A stretch of DNA of 64,000 nt from positions 2,593 to 66,592 of the forward strand of contig CACGNA010000002.1 in NCBI GenBank assembly GCA_902574425.1. The letters run 5' to 3'. Positions within the stretch are counted from its first letter, which is position 1; every line of letters begins with the position of its first letter. The notes beneath the pieces are model-generated. The model saw only the letters and a list, made by a program, of their open reading frames with translations, made no database searches and was not told the DNA's origin. Source of the stretch: an uncultured Prochlorococcus sp. (GTDB lineage Bacteria; Cyanobacteriota; Cyanobacteriia; PCC-6307; Cyanobiaceae). Below, piece by piece: positions 33,158-43,709 of the stretch. A program made the position numbers and the translations under genes.

Positions 33158-34063
33158 TTATGAAATTAATTCAATATCTCTCAAGATCCAGAACCCTGCA
33201 AATTTTTCGATGTATGGCGTTGACTGTATGGAAATAAATTGATAGCCAAAAGAATTTTTTTTATTCTCTAAAAACTTTGTACTTAAAATATTTGCATCTT
33301 TTTCTGGCAAATCTGTGACTAGCCACTTATCATCTTCTGAAGCCTCAAGAATGAGTTGGTTCTTAATTATAATTAGTTTAATAGGTTCTAAACAACTGAA
33401 CCATGCAGAAAGTGCTAATGATCTATCTTTGCTAAAAAGTCTTAATCCAGGTACTAAATTATTATCATCAACTTTTTGGTGAATTGGGAAAATATCTCCA
33501 AATTCCATAGGCCAATTTTCCGCTGATTTTAATTCGCCAATTGATATTTCCGCGATAGTTAAAGCATCACCCCTCACTGCTTCTGGTAAAGGGTTAGGTG
33601 AGTTTTCCAATTTAGAAGTGAAAGTTGGCGCTAGCACACCTCTTACATAGCCATTTTCATTCGGATAAATCTCTTTTTCAAGAAATTCGATTCTATCGAA
33701 CAAATCGTAAGTTCTTCTACTGACGAGAGCCTCTATGCTAGCGGCCTCCAGAGATTTCTTAATGATCGATTTCATTGACGTCCTCCAGAATCTAACTATT
33801 GAGGGCTTTGCCCACCCTTCTTTTTTTGCATCATTAATTGCTTCAATTAATGCCTTCGTAAGCCATACCGAATTGACTTCATTAGCAGGGCATTTTTTAT
33901 TCCAATGAAAAAAATCTTCTGTCTTATAACTTCTTGTGGAGCAAATAATTAACTCCCACCTTTTTTTTCCATTTGATTCAATAATTGGTCTTGAGTAAAA
34001 GTCTAATTCCCAATCTGAAATTTTTAATTCAAGACTTTGTTCTGTTTTTTTATTTGTTTTCAT
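33158..34063 (-). CDS. Tab2/Atab2-family RNA-binding protein
   Basis: WELDFYSRP...KKRWELII, VNS.WL, SRRT, PLPEAVRGD and FAGFW motifs. Confidence 0.88.
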   Translation of the reverse strand: MKTNKKTEQSLELKISDWELDFYSRPIIESNGKKRWELIICSTRSYKTEDFFHWNKKCPANEVNSVWLTKALIEAINDAKKEGWAKPSIVRFWRTSMKSIIKKSLEAASIEALVSRRTYDLFDRIEFLEKEIYPNENGYVRGVLAPTFTSKLENSPNPLPEAVRGDALTIAEISIGELKSAENWPMEFGDIFPIHQKVDDNNLVPGLRLFSKDRSLALSAWFSCLEPIKLIIIKNQLILEASEDDKWLVTDLPEKDANILSTKFLENKKNSFGYQFISIQSTPYIEKFAGFWILRDIELIS

Positions 34064-35274
34064 TTATCTTGTTCTTTTTTATCGAAGAGTGCTTTAGTTT
34101 TTAGTGCTCTATCATTGGCTTCTTGCATAACTTTTTGTTTGTCAATAATTAATTCTCCCGCTGAGTTCTCTAAGAGTGCTGTATTAAGGCCAATTCGCCC
34201 TTTTTTAAGATCAATTTCAGATATTAAAGCTTTGATAATTTCCCCTTCTCTAAAAATTTCTCGTAAAGAACGTATCGATCCGTTTGTTAGTGAGGATTGA
34301 TGAAGAAGTCCACTAGCTCCACCTAAATCAATAAAGAAGCCATATGGTTTTACTGCTAAAACTTCTCCTTCAATTAATTGACCCAATTCTAGACTTGTAA
34401 GTTTAGAGACTAATGATGCTTTCTTTTCAGAGAGAACTAATTTTCTGGATTCTGGATTCACCTCAAGAAACGCTACTTTTAGAGTTTTGCCAACAAAAGA
34501 TTGATAATCTTGACCATCTTCAAGTTGTGATCTTGGGATGAATCCTCTCAATCCATCAACATCACACGTAAGTCCACCTCTGTTAAATCCATTAATTAAA
34601 ACGTCAATTAATTCTCCATTCTTAGCGGAATTTGAAACTTTCTCCCAACTTTGCCTGAGAATTAATGCCCGAGCGCTCACTGTTACCATCCCATCAGCAT
34701 TTTGTTCTTTTATAACCAAAACTTCCAATTCAAGGCCTATAGAGAATTTTTCTTTAAAGTTAGTTATGACGCCCAACCCACATTCTTTTTTTGGCATATA
34801 ACCAGGTGCTTTCCCACCAATGTCAACATATAGGCCATCACTTTCGATTGCTATAACCTTCCCTGAAATTGTTTCTCCCGTAGCCCCAATTGGTTCATTT
34901 TCATTTAAAGCCTCCAAAAAAGCACTTTCATCAAAATCGAATTCATCAACTGTTCTTTCTAATTGAAAATCGGTGTTTTGCTCAGAAAAATTAAGCGGTC
35001 TATTTAAGTCTTTTTGAGAACTATCAAAAGCTTTAATGTTTTCATTACTGTCCTCAATTTCTTTTACTGATTCATCTTTAATTATTTGAGGTTTGATTGC
35101 GATATTTTCTTTTTTAATTTCTTCTTGCGAATTGTTTTGCTCATTCTGTATTTCTTGAGATTTTTTTTGAGTATCCTTCTTGCTTATGTGAAGTACCTGA
35201 AGAGGTTTTTTAAAATCTTTTTTATTGCCCTTTGGTTGGATATTATCTTGGGCATTTTTATTACTGACTCCCAT
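34060..35274 (-). CDS. S1 RNA-binding domain protein (ribosomal protein S1 homologue B)
   Basis: Three S1 domains (VDIGGK..G, GLRGFIP.S, KPYGFFIDLGG.SGLLH) after a low-complexity N-terminus. Confidence 0.88.
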   Translation of the reverse strand: MGVSNKNAQDNIQPKGNKKDFKKPLQVLHISKKDTQKKSQEIQNEQNNSQEEIKKENIAIKPQIIKDESVKEIEDSNENIKAFDSSQKDLNRPLNFSEQNTDFQLERTVDEFDFDESAFLEALNENEPIGATGETISGKVIAIESDGLYVDIGGKAPGYMPKKECGLGVITNFKEKFSIGLELEVLVIKEQNADGMVTVSARALILRQSWEKVSNSAKNGELIDVLINGFNRGGLTCDVDGLRGFIPRSQLEDGQDYQSFVGKTLKVAFLEVNPESRKLVLSEKKASLVSKLTSLELGQLIEGEVLAVKPYGFFIDLGGASGLLHQSSLTNGSIRSLREIFREGEIIKALISEIDLKKGRIGLNTALLENSAGELIIDKQKVMQEANDRALKTKALFDKKEQDK

Positions 35275-35340
35275 CGTAGGTAAAATAAGAATAATTAATT
35301 AATAACATACTCTAAATGTTAGTACTCAAAATTAAAATTA

Positions 35341-36135
35341 ATGAACTTTAAACCAATACCTAATAAATTTGAATATTTAAATTGGCAAGAAATTGAGAGT
35401 ATTGCAAAAGACAAAAGATCAACATTGATTTGGCCATTCGGCGCTGTTGAGCAACATGGACCGCATTTGCCCCTTGCTACAGATAGTATTTTTGTTGATG
35501 AAATCATTAGCGAAGTTTTTAAATTATTCTCTTCCGATATTCCATTAAAAAAACTTCCAACACAATATATTGGGTTTTCTCCAGAACATAAGGGTTTTGC
35601 TGGGACAATTTCACTTTCCTCAAATTTAATAACCTCAATGATTAAGGAAGTCGGAGGTCAATTATCTGAAATGGGTTTTAAAAGATTGATATTGATTAAT
35701 GGACATGGAGGTCAAATCTCACTACTAAATACAGCTGCAAGAGAGCTAAGAAGTTTTGCCCCTGGGATGGCAGTATTCCCTTGTTTCTTATGGAGTGGTG
35801 TTAATGGATTAAGTGAATTGTTAACAAAAACTGAGATCGAGGATGGGCTTCATGCTTCTTTAGCTGAAACAAGTTTGATGCTCGCTTTAAAACCAGAATT
35901 AGTAGGAGATGAACGTCCTAATGAGGGCATTAAAGGACAGATCCCAGAAGGTTGGAGTCTAGAGGGGAATGCGCCTACTGCTTGGCTTACTGACGACTTC
36001 AGTAAGTCAGGCGTTATTGGGGATAGCAGAGGAGCAAATGAGTCTTTAGGAAAAAATTTAAAGGAATTATTGATTAATCATTGGTTTAAATTGATAATGA
36101 ATCTGATGCAATCAGATTGGCCAAACAATTCTTAA
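35341..36135 (+). CDS. Creatininase-family amidohydrolase
   Basis: GAVEQHGPHLP..TD, SPEH, NGHGG, HA..AETS, SGVIG. Confidence 0.9.
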   Translation: MNFKPIPNKFEYLNWQEIESIAKDKRSTLIWPFGAVEQHGPHLPLATDSIFVDEIISEVFKLFSSDIPLKKLPTQYIGFSPEHKGFAGTISLSSNLITSMIKEVGGQLSEMGFKRLILINGHGGQISLLNTAARELRSFAPGMAVFPCFLWSGVNGLSELLTKTEIEDGLHASLAETSLMLALKPELVGDERPNEGIKGQIPEGWSLEGNAPTAWLTDDFSKSGVIGDSRGANESLGKNLKELLINHWFKLIMNLMQSDWPNNS

Positions 36136-36218
36136 ATAAATTTAAGTAAAAATGGTACTTAACAATTGAAACTATTTTCATGATATTTAAATAAACTCAC
36201 TATAATCATGTAATATTC

Positions 36219-36974
36219 ATGCATAATGAGCTAAAGATTACTGACATGCAAACTCTAGAATCAAATAAAAAAACTACTGAAGAATCCACTAATACGATTT
36301 CTTTAAATTTGCCCGACTTTACTACAGATTCTTATAAGGATGCATATAGCAGAATAAATGCAATCGTTATAGAGGGAGAGCAAGAGGCTCATGATAATTA
36401 CATTTCAATAGCAACTTTAATACCAAATGAGTTAGAAGAATTAACTAAATTGGCGAGAATGGAAATGAAACATAAAAAAGGCTTTACTGCATGTGGGAGA
36501 AATTTAGGCGTGGAAGCTGATATGGAATTTGCTAAAAAATTCTTTTCTAAATTACATGGTAATTTTCAAATTGCTCTAGAAAAAGGAAATACAACAACAT
36601 GTCTTTTAATTCAAGCTATTTTAATCGAAGCATTTGCAATCTCTGCTTATAACGTCTACATAAGAGTTGCAGATCCTTTTGCAAAAAAAATAACAGAGGG
36701 AGTTGTTAAAGATGAATATCTTCATTTAAATTATGGTCAAGAGTGGCTTAAAGAGAACCTGTCTACATGTAAAGAGGAATTAATGGAAGCTAATAAGGTT
36801 AACCTTCCCTTAATTAAAAAGATGCTAGATGAAGTAGCAGATGATGCATCAGTTTTGGCTATGGACAGAGAAGAATTAATGGAAGAATTTATGATTGCTT
36901 ACCAAGATACCCTTATGGAAATAGGTCTAGATAATAGAGAAATTGCAAGAATGGCTATGGCAGCTATCGTTTAA
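36219..36974 (+). CDS. ado: Aldehyde-deformylating oxygenase (alternative start 36246)
   Basis: YKDAYSRINAIVIEGEQEA; di-iron ExxH motifs EMKH and EYLH; upstream of aar. Confidence 0.96.
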   Translation: MHNELKITDMQTLESNKKTTEESTNTISLNLPDFTTDSYKDAYSRINAIVIEGEQEAHDNYISIATLIPNELEELTKLARMEMKHKKGFTACGRNLGVEADMEFAKKFFSKLHGNFQIALEKGNTTTCLLIQAILIEAFAISAYNVYIRVADPFAKKITEGVVKDEYLHLNYGQEWLKENLSTCKEELMEANKVNLPLIKKMLDEVADDASVLAMDREELMEEFMIAYQDTLMEIGLDNREIARMAMAAIV

Positions 36975-37081
36975 TTATACTTCTACTCAATTAAGGATTT
37001 TAATAATTAATCTTTCTATTTAAGTAGTTACCTCTGTGCTATTCTTCATTACATCGTATAGAAACCATTTATAAATTTTAA

Positions 37082-38122
37082 ATGTTTGGGTTAATAGGCC
37101 ACTCAACTAGTTTTAAAGATGCAAAAAGAAAAGCTTCTTTACTAGGATTTGATCATATTGCAGATGGCGACCTAGATGTTTGGTGTACAGCTCCTCCTCA
37201 ATTGGTTGAGAATGTAGAAGTTAAGAGTGCGACTGGAATATCTATTGAAGGTTCTTACATAGATTCTTGCTTTGTTCCTGAAATGCTTTCTAGGTTTAAA
37301 ACAGCTAGAAGAAAAGTATTAAATGCTATGGAACTAGCTCAGAAAAAAGGTATTAACATTACTGCCTTAGGGGGATTTACTTCTATTATTTTTGAGAATT
37401 TTAATCTTCTTCAGCATAAACAAATCAGAAATACTTCATTAGAGTGGGAAAGATTTACTACTGGTAATACTCATACAGCTTGGGTTATTTGTAAGCAATT
37501 AGAAATAAATGCTCCTCGCATCGGGATAGACCTGAAAAAGGCAACTGTTGCTGTGATTGGTGCTACAGGGGATATTGGTAGCGCTGTTTGTAGGTGGCTT
37601 ATCAATAAAACTGGGATTTCAGAACTACTTATGGTAGCTAGACAACAAGAGCCCTTAACTCTATTACAAAAAGAATTAGATGGTGGCACTATAAAAAGTT
37701 TAGATGAAGCATTGCCTCAAGCGGATATTGTTGTATGGGTTGCAAGTATGCCTAAAACTATTGAAATTGAAGTTGATAACTTAAAAAAACCATGTTTAAT
37801 GATTGACGGTGGATACCCTAAAAATCTTGATGAGAAATTTCAGGGTGAAAATATTCATGTTTTAAAAGGAGGTATAGTAGAGTTTTTCAATGATATTGGT
37901 TGGAATATGATGGAACTTGCAGAAATGCAGAACCCTCAGAGAGAGATGTTCGCTTGCTTTGCAGAAGCTATGATTTTAGAATTTGAAAAATGTCATACCA
38001 ACTTTAGTTGGGGAAGAAATAACATTTCTCTTGAAAAAATGGAATTCATTGGAGCAGCTTCTTTAAAACATGGTTTTTCTGCGATTGGACTTGATAAGCA
38101 CCCTAAAGTATTAACAGTCTAA
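37082..38122 (+). CDS. aar: Long-chain acyl-ACP reductase
   Basis: [36 protein letters not shown]. Confidence 0.96.
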   Translation: MFGLIGHSTSFKDAKRKASLLGFDHIADGDLDVWCTAPPQLVENVEVKSATGISIEGSYIDSCFVPEMLSRFKTARRKVLNAMELAQKKGINITALGGFTSIIFENFNLLQHKQIRNTSLEWERFTTGNTHTAWVICKQLEINAPRIGIDLKKATVAVIGATGDIGSAVCRWLINKTGISELLMVARQQEPLTLLQKELDGGTIKSLDEALPQADIVVWVASMPKTIEIEVDNLKKPCLMIDGGYPKNLDEKFQGENIHVLKGGIVEFFNDIGWNMMELAEMQNPQREMFACFAEAMILEFEKCHTNFSWGRNNISLEKMEFIGAASLKHGFSAIGLDKHPKVLTV

Positions 38123-38125
38123 ATT

Positions 38126-39133
38126 ATGGCTAAACGTTACCTCCTAGATTTTGAAAAGCCTCTTGTTGAACTTGAGAAACAGATAGAGCAAATTAAAGAA
38201 TTAGCTCGAGATTCAGAAGTGGATGTTAGTCAACAGCTTCTGCAGCTTGAAACTTTAGCTGCCAGGAGAAGAGAAGAGATATTTAAATCACTCACGCCTG
38301 CACAAAAGATTCAGGTAGCTAGACATCCTCAAAGACCTAGTACCCTGGACTTTGTTCAAATGTTTTGCGATGACTGGATCGAATTACATGGAGATAGAAA
38401 TGGAGGCGATGATATGGCACTAATTGGAGGGATAGGTTCGATAAATAATCGACCAGTCTTGATTCTAGGGCATCAGAAAGGAAGAGATACAAAAGAAAAT
38501 GTAGTAAGAAACTTTGGAATGGCTAAGCCAGGAGGTTATAGAAAAGCTCTTAGATTAATGCAGCATGCTGATAGATTTTCCTTGCCAATCCTTACATTTA
38601 TTGATACTCCTGGAGCCTATGCAGGATTGACTGCTGAAGAACAGGGACAAGGAGAAGCGATAGCAAGAAACTTAAGGGAGATGTTTGGCTTAAAAGTTCC
38701 TATAGTAGCTACTGTCATCGGAGAAGGTGGTTCTGGAGGTGCACTTGGAATAGGTGTTGCTGATAGATTACTAATGTTTGAACACAGTGTTTATACAGTT
38801 GCTAGTCCAGAAGCATGTGCATCAATTTTATGGAGAGATGCTGCAAAGGCACCAGAAGCTGCATCAGCACTTAAAATTACAGGTAAAGATTTACTTAAGT
38901 TGGGGATAATAGATGAAGTATTACCAGAGCCTTCTGGTGGAAACAATTGGGCTCCTTTAGATGCTGGCAAGACACTAAAGGAGGCTATTGAGAAACACCT
39001 TAATTCTTTACTGCAAATGACTAAAGATGAACTCATTGAGGAAAGATACAAAAAATTTAGAGTTTTAGGTAAATTTATCGAAGCAAATAATATTGAAGAG
39101 ATTTATAGTGAAATTCCCCAAAAAACTGAATAA
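38126..39133 (+). CDS. accA: Acetyl-CoA carboxylase carboxyltransferase alpha subunit
   Basis: [32 protein letters not shown]. Confidence 0.97.
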   Translation: MAKRYLLDFEKPLVELEKQIEQIKELARDSEVDVSQQLLQLETLAARRREEIFKSLTPAQKIQVARHPQRPSTLDFVQMFCDDWIELHGDRNGGDDMALIGGIGSINNRPVLILGHQKGRDTKENVVRNFGMAKPGGYRKALRLMQHADRFSLPILTFIDTPGAYAGLTAEEQGQGEAIARNLREMFGLKVPIVATVIGEGGSGGALGIGVADRLLMFEHSVYTVASPEACASILWRDAAKAPEAASALKITGKDLLKLGIIDEVLPEPSGGNNWAPLDAGKTLKEAIEKHLNSLLQMTKDELIEERYKKFRVLGKFIEANNIEEIYSEIPQKTE

Positions 39134-39134
39134 A

Positions 39135-39842
39135 TTGAAACTCGCTTTTATAACAGGTGCTTCGAAAGGTATTGGAAGATCTACCGCAATTGCTTTTGCC
39201 AATGCTGGCTGGGATTTAATTTTACTTTCCAGGAATATGGATTTAATGGAGAAACTAAAGAGTGAACTATTGGCTACTAAATCAAAAATTAACCTTGTTA
39301 AATGTGATTTATCTAAGCCTCTAGAAATAGAGCATTGTGTTAAAAGAGCAATTAAGAAATATGGATGCCCTTCAGTTTTAATAAATAATGCTGGTTGCGC
39401 ATTTAATGGCCCCTTAGTTGAAATGGATTTTGGGCAATGGGAACAAACTATTCAAATTAACCTCACAAGCGTTTTTCAAATTTGCAGCTCGGTTATTCCT
39501 CAAATGAGAAAAAATGGTGGTTTAGTCATTAATGTTAGTAGCCATGCGTCTTATAATGCATTCCCGCAATGGGGGGCGTATTGTATTTCAAAATCTGCCC
39601 TAACTATGTTTACTAAATGCTTGAGGGAGGAAGAGAGATCCAATGCAATTAGAGCATGCACAATAACTTTAGGTTCAGTAAATACACCTCTTTGGGACTC
39701 AGAATCAATAAACTCTAATTTTGATAGAACTTCTATGCTCGCCTCAAGCGAGGTATCAGATACTATTCTTTATATGGCACAACAACCTGAATCTCAATTG
39801 ATTGAAGACTTAACTTTGATGCCTTCTGGAGGGGCTTTTTAA
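39135..39842 (+). CDS. Short-chain dehydrogenase/reductase (start re-called at TTG 39135)
   Basis: TGASKGIG, NNAG, YCISK (YxxxK); TTG 1 nt after the accA stop. Confidence 0.88.
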   Translation: MKLAFITGASKGIGRSTAIAFANAGWDLILLSRNMDLMEKLKSELLATKSKINLVKCDLSKPLEIEHCVKRAIKKYGCPSVLINNAGCAFNGPLVEMDFGQWEQTIQINLTSVFQICSSVIPQMRKNGGLVINVSSHASYNAFPQWGAYCISKSALTMFTKCLREEERSNAIRACTITLGSVNTPLWDSESINSNFDRTSMLASSEVSDTILYMAQQPESQLIEDLTLMPSGGAF

Positions 39843-39991
39843 AAATTCTGTTTCTTTTTTGAATCTTTAAAAGGTAATTTTTTGGGACTATTTGAACCCG
39901 ATTTAACAAGAGAATGTGATATAGTGTATGAGCAATTACGCTTTTGAAGATACAGTTAATTAAGTTGAATACAATTTTTGTTTAAAATTTT

Positions 39992-40732
39992 ATGACCTCT
40001 ACATTACCCAACGATAATATTAGAAACTTTGATGACCAGATTACTAATAAGCTAATCTCAGAAATTATAAGAGACAGAATTAAAAATTCTGGGACAAGAT
40101 TTAGTGCTAATGATAACATCGCAGATTTTATAAATCCTGGAGAACTAGAAATTCTAGAAAAAGAAGTTGCATCAAGAGTTAAAGACTTACTTAAGTCTCT
40201 AGTAATAGACGTTGAAAATGATCATAATACTCAAGAGACTGCAGAAAGAGTCTCAAAGATGTATTTAAATGAAGTTTTTAAAGGGAGATATCATGAACAA
40301 CCTAAAGTTACAAGTTTCCCAAATGATAAGAATCTTGATGAGATTTATACTGTAGGACCTATTTCTGTTAGATCTGCATGTTCACATCATTTAGTACCAA
40401 TTCTAGGAGAGTGTTGGATAGGTATTAAACCTGGGAATAAGGTCATAGGACTTTCAAAATTTGCGAGAGTTGCTGATTGGGTTTTTTCAAGACCTCATAT
40501 TCAAGAAGAAGCTGTAATGATACTTGCAGATGAAATTGAAAGATTGTGTGAGCCTAAAGGTTTAGGCATTATTGTAAAGGCTCAACATTATTGTATGAAA
40601 TGGAGGGGAGTTAAAGAACCAAATACAAGTATGATTAATTCTGTAGTAAGAGGAGACTTTAGACATGATTTAAGTTTAAAACAAGAATTTTTTGAGCTTG
40701 TCAAACAGCAATCCGCTTCTAATAATTACTAA
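39992..40732 (+). CDS. folE: GTP cyclohydrolase I
   Basis: SACSHHLVP, GLSKFAR, QE and HYCM..RG motifs. Confidence 0.94.
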   Translation: MTSTLPNDNIRNFDDQITNKLISEIIRDRIKNSGTRFSANDNIADFINPGELEILEKEVASRVKDLLKSLVIDVENDHNTQETAERVSKMYLNEVFKGRYHEQPKVTSFPNDKNLDEIYTVGPISVRSACSHHLVPILGECWIGIKPGNKVIGLSKFARVADWVFSRPHIQEEAVMILADEIERLCEPKGLGIIVKAQHYCMKWRGVKEPNTSMINSVVRGDFRHDLSLKQEFFELVKQQSASNNY

Positions 40733-41385
40733 TTCAATTTTAAATAATTAATTAAGCCCTCTGTTTTTTTTAGATCTTTTAAACCTGGAGATATTTCAAT
40801 ACTGCTCGAAATGTCTAGTCCATCTGGTTTGATTTCAGTTAAAATTTCATCAATCCATTCAATTGATATTCCACCTGCTAACCACCAAGGTTTACTAAAT
40901 TGTAGATTCTTTAGATAAAAAGATTTTATTTTTTTTCCTGAACCTCCATAAGTTTCTTTATTCCAAGAATCAAGTAGTATCGCATCTACAAAATCTTCAA
41001 AAGGTTTTATTTTATCCAAGTCCTTTTCCGTTCTTATTCTAAAAGCCTTCCATAGTCCAATATTTGGAATTTTCTTCCTTATTTTTTTGCAGTAATCAAT
41101 ATCTTCATCTCCATGTAACTGAATAATAGTTTCACTTGGGCTGCCCAAGAAATTTTTAATAATTAAATCTATAGGACAATTTTGTACAACAGATATCCTT
41201 TCGATTTTCGGATAAACCCTTTCTAAGGTTTGAAAAATCTTTTTCTTAATATCAGCGGATATGTACCTAGGCGACTGTTCAACAGAAATAATGCCGATAG
41301 CATTCACTCCTAATTTAGCGATTTGAAGAGCTTGTTCTTCGGAAGTTAGTCCACAAATTTTAACTAAAGTATTAGTCTTGGGCAT
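40729..41385 (-). CDS. trpF: Phosphoribosylanthranilate isomerase
   Basis: VKICGLT, SPRYI, QLHGDE, LLDS, GGSG, LAGG, D.SS.IE..PG.KD. Confidence 0.93.
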   Translation of the reverse strand: MPKTNTLVKICGLTSEEQALQIAKLGVNAIGIISVEQSPRYISADIKKKIFQTLERVYPKIERISVVQNCPIDLIIKNFLGSPSETIIQLHGDEDIDYCKKIRKKIPNIGLWKAFRIRTEKDLDKIKPFEDFVDAILLDSWNKETYGGSGKKIKSFYLKNLQFSKPWWLAGGISIEWIDEILTEIKPDGLDISSSIEISPGLKDLKKTEGLINYLKLN

Positions 41386-41440
41386 ATCATTATCCTTTAT
41401 GTAAAATTAATATTATTGCTAAATATAGCGGAGATTATTT

Positions 41441-42664
41441 TTGAGAAGTTGGCAAATCTTTAAAATATGGGGAATTCCCTTCAAAATTCATCCTTATTGG
41501 TTTGCGATTCTCTTTTTATTCTCATGGACTATAAGTAATCAGGTTAATATAACCTCGGGTGATATTTACAATACTAAAGAAGCTTGGATCATAGGATTTT
41601 TAACTTCTTTTCTCTTATTATCTTCAATTATTTCTTATGAGGTCTTACATACTTTTGTTTCCCTAAATCAGGGTGTAAAAATAAAAACAATTACTTTTTA
41701 TTTCCTCGGGGCAATTTTACAAATAGATAAGTATTGTCAAACTGCTTTAGGTAATATAAAAATCGCAATTGTTAGACCTTTATTATGTTTTGCTACAGCA
41801 TCTGTCCTCCTTTTAATTAGTAATTACAGTGCATCTCAAGAAATAATAGCCATCAATATAATTTCTAGAGTAGGTATATTAAATTTATTTTTAGGCTTTT
41901 TAAATTTGATTCCAATTGGTTCTTTAGATGGAGGGAATTTATTAAAAAGTATTATTTGGCATTTCTCAGGGAGTAAAAATAAAGGAAGAAATTTCCTAAA
42001 TAAAGTAAATTTATCTTTATCTTTTTTAGTTCTAATATTTGGGATAATTCTTTTATTTAGGTTTAACTTTTACTATGGTTTTATTCTTGCTTTTTTAGGT
42101 TTGTTTGGAGTTAATTCTTCAAAATCAGAAAGTCAATTTTTTAAGATTGAAAACATACTTAAATTTAGTAAAGTTTCTGAGCTTAAATTAAAGCCGTTGA
42201 GAAAAATTGAATTCGATTCTAGTTTCTCAGCATTTAATAAATTAATAAAAAACAATAAGGATGCAGCAGATAAATATTTTTTTGTTACCAATAATGGTAG
42301 ATGGACTGGTTTTGTTGATGAGAATATTTTAAAAACTGTCTCCATAAAAAAATGGGAACGGAAATTTGTGGGAGATTTCAAGAAACCAATCAATAGTTTT
42401 GTAAGTGTATACGCTAATGAAAAATTATGGAAAACTATAGAAAGACTTGAAGAAACGAGTGAAGGTTTTATCTTGGTACTCAATGCGGCTGATTTACCTT
42501 TGGGGATAATTGATAGGTCTAAGATTGGACACTTTGTATTGAATAAATTGGGTTTTAATTTACCTTCAGAGATCGTAAACAAATTAAATTATAAAAATAA
42601 TTATCCTTTGGGCATTGAATTGCCAAGAATAATTAATTCAATGAAGCAGAAAGGAGATCTTTAA
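41441..42664 (+). CDS. Site-2 protease (M50) family protein with CBS-like C-terminus; zinc motif altered
   Basis: GIPFKIH..W, NLIPIGSLDGG; the HExxH position reads YEVLH. Confidence 0.82.
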   Translation: MRSWQIFKIWGIPFKIHPYWFAILFLFSWTISNQVNITSGDIYNTKEAWIIGFLTSFLLLSSIISYEVLHTFVSLNQGVKIKTITFYFLGAILQIDKYCQTALGNIKIAIVRPLLCFATASVLLLISNYSASQEIIAINIISRVGILNLFLGFLNLIPIGSLDGGNLLKSIIWHFSGSKNKGRNFLNKVNLSLSFLVLIFGIILLFRFNFYYGFILAFLGLFGVNSSKSESQFFKIENILKFSKVSELKLKPLRKIEFDSSFSAFNKLIKNNKDAADKYFFVTNNGRWTGFVDENILKTVSIKKWERKFVGDFKKPINSFVSVYANEKLWKTIERLEETSEGFILVLNAADLPLGIIDRSKIGHFVLNKLGFNLPSEIVNKLNYKNNYPLGIELPRIINSMKQKGDL

Positions 42665-42673
42665 GAATTCGTG

Positions 42674-43417
42674 TCATGAAAGTTTTCCAATATTTTTATT
42701 ATCTATGGCAACATTTTTGAACCTTATATTTGATTTATCCTCTAGGAATGAATTTCTTAAATGATGAACTATTTCATCATTTGTGAGGTCTAGATTTATT
42801 TTAGGTGGAGCTTCTTCTTTAAATAACTTGAACCACAAATCTTTTGAAGGATTTGTTTGAATCTCTCCATGTTGAAGAAATGCACTTTTTTTTCGATATT
42901 GGGCACTTCCTATTCTCTTGAACCCATCCTGATCAATTAAATCAGAAATCAATGAAGTCCCAAAACAATTAGTTTTTATGGGTGATTTTCGTAAATTGCC
43001 ATTTTGCAAGTTTAGACCTAATTCTCTAAAACTTTTAACTAACCAATTATTAACCATTTCATAACTTAGTATTTTATAGTAGGTTTTTTTAAATGTTAAT
43101 GCATATGTTATGCCCCCTGAATGCAAAACAGCTCCCCCTCCAGAGGGACGTCTTATGATGTTAATTTCTTGATTAAATAATAATTGTTCCCAGTGAGGAG
43201 GAATTTTCTTTTGGTGATAGCCAATTGAAAGCCAATCGCCAGTCCAATAGTAGAACCTCAATGTGAAAATTATTTCAGGATTTGAAATTGTCTGATCTAG
43301 AGAATTTAAATCTAAAGCCATTTGATCAATTCCAGGTAAATTATTTGTCGAAAAAATTAAAGCTTGATTTTCTATTCCCAAAATTAAATTTGTAGGTCTA
43401 TTTATAATAATTTTCAA
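42674..43417 (-). CDS. Lipoate-protein ligase A family protein
   Basis: MALD, LRFYYW, SIGYHQ, RRPSGGGAVLH, K.IGSAQ, LQHG. Confidence 0.88.
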   Translation of the reverse strand: MKIIINRPTNLILGIENQALIFSTNNLPGIDQMALDLNSLDQTISNPEIIFTLRFYYWTGDWLSIGYHQKKIPPHWEQLLFNQEINIIRRPSGGGAVLHSGGITYALTFKKTYYKILSYEMVNNWLVKSFRELGLNLQNGNLRKSPIKTNCFGTSLISDLIDQDGFKRIGSAQYRKKSAFLQHGEIQTNPSKDLWFKLFKEEAPPKINLDLTNDEIVHHLRNSFLEDKSNIRFKNVAIDNKNIGKLS

Positions 43418-43456
43418 TTAATTTTTTCTTTCAATTTATTAATTACGTAACATCAT

Positions 43457-43474
43457 TTTGTAATAGTGTGTAAA
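43457..43474 (-). promoter_or_regulatory. HLR1-like direct repeat (possible RpaB site) upstream of psaM
   Basis: Minus strand TTTACACA-CT-ATTACAAA vs HLR1 (G/T)TTACA(T/A)(T/A)-N2 repeat. Confidence 0.35.
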
Positions 43475-43519
43475 TCTCCTCTTTTAGGTGGAGAATATAA
43501 GAAATGTTTTTTTTTAACC

Positions 43520-43624
43520 ATGGAGCCAACTCAAACAATAAATTTAATTGCACTAAGCCTCATAGTAGTTATGCATGCAGGAGTTTTAGCACTAAGGCTA
43601 GGAATTAGTTTAGGTAGAAACTAA
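43520..43624 (+). CDS. psaM: Photosystem I subunit XII (not in ORF track)
   Basis: Manual translation [34 protein letters not shown]; LALRLG motif, 34 aa. Confidence 0.9.
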   Translation: MEPTQTINLIALSLIVVMHAGVLALRLGISLGRN

Positions 43625-43709
43625 AATCTATTAGAAAATATATATTTTTAAGGTAATAATAAAATTAAGACTGAATAGACTTATTCAGTGAAAATACCAA
43701 GTACTAAAT

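Noticed and set aside
39093-39134. N-terminal extension of the SDR overlapping accA
   Set aside because: TTG at 39135 directly precedes the Rossmann strand and avoids the overlap.
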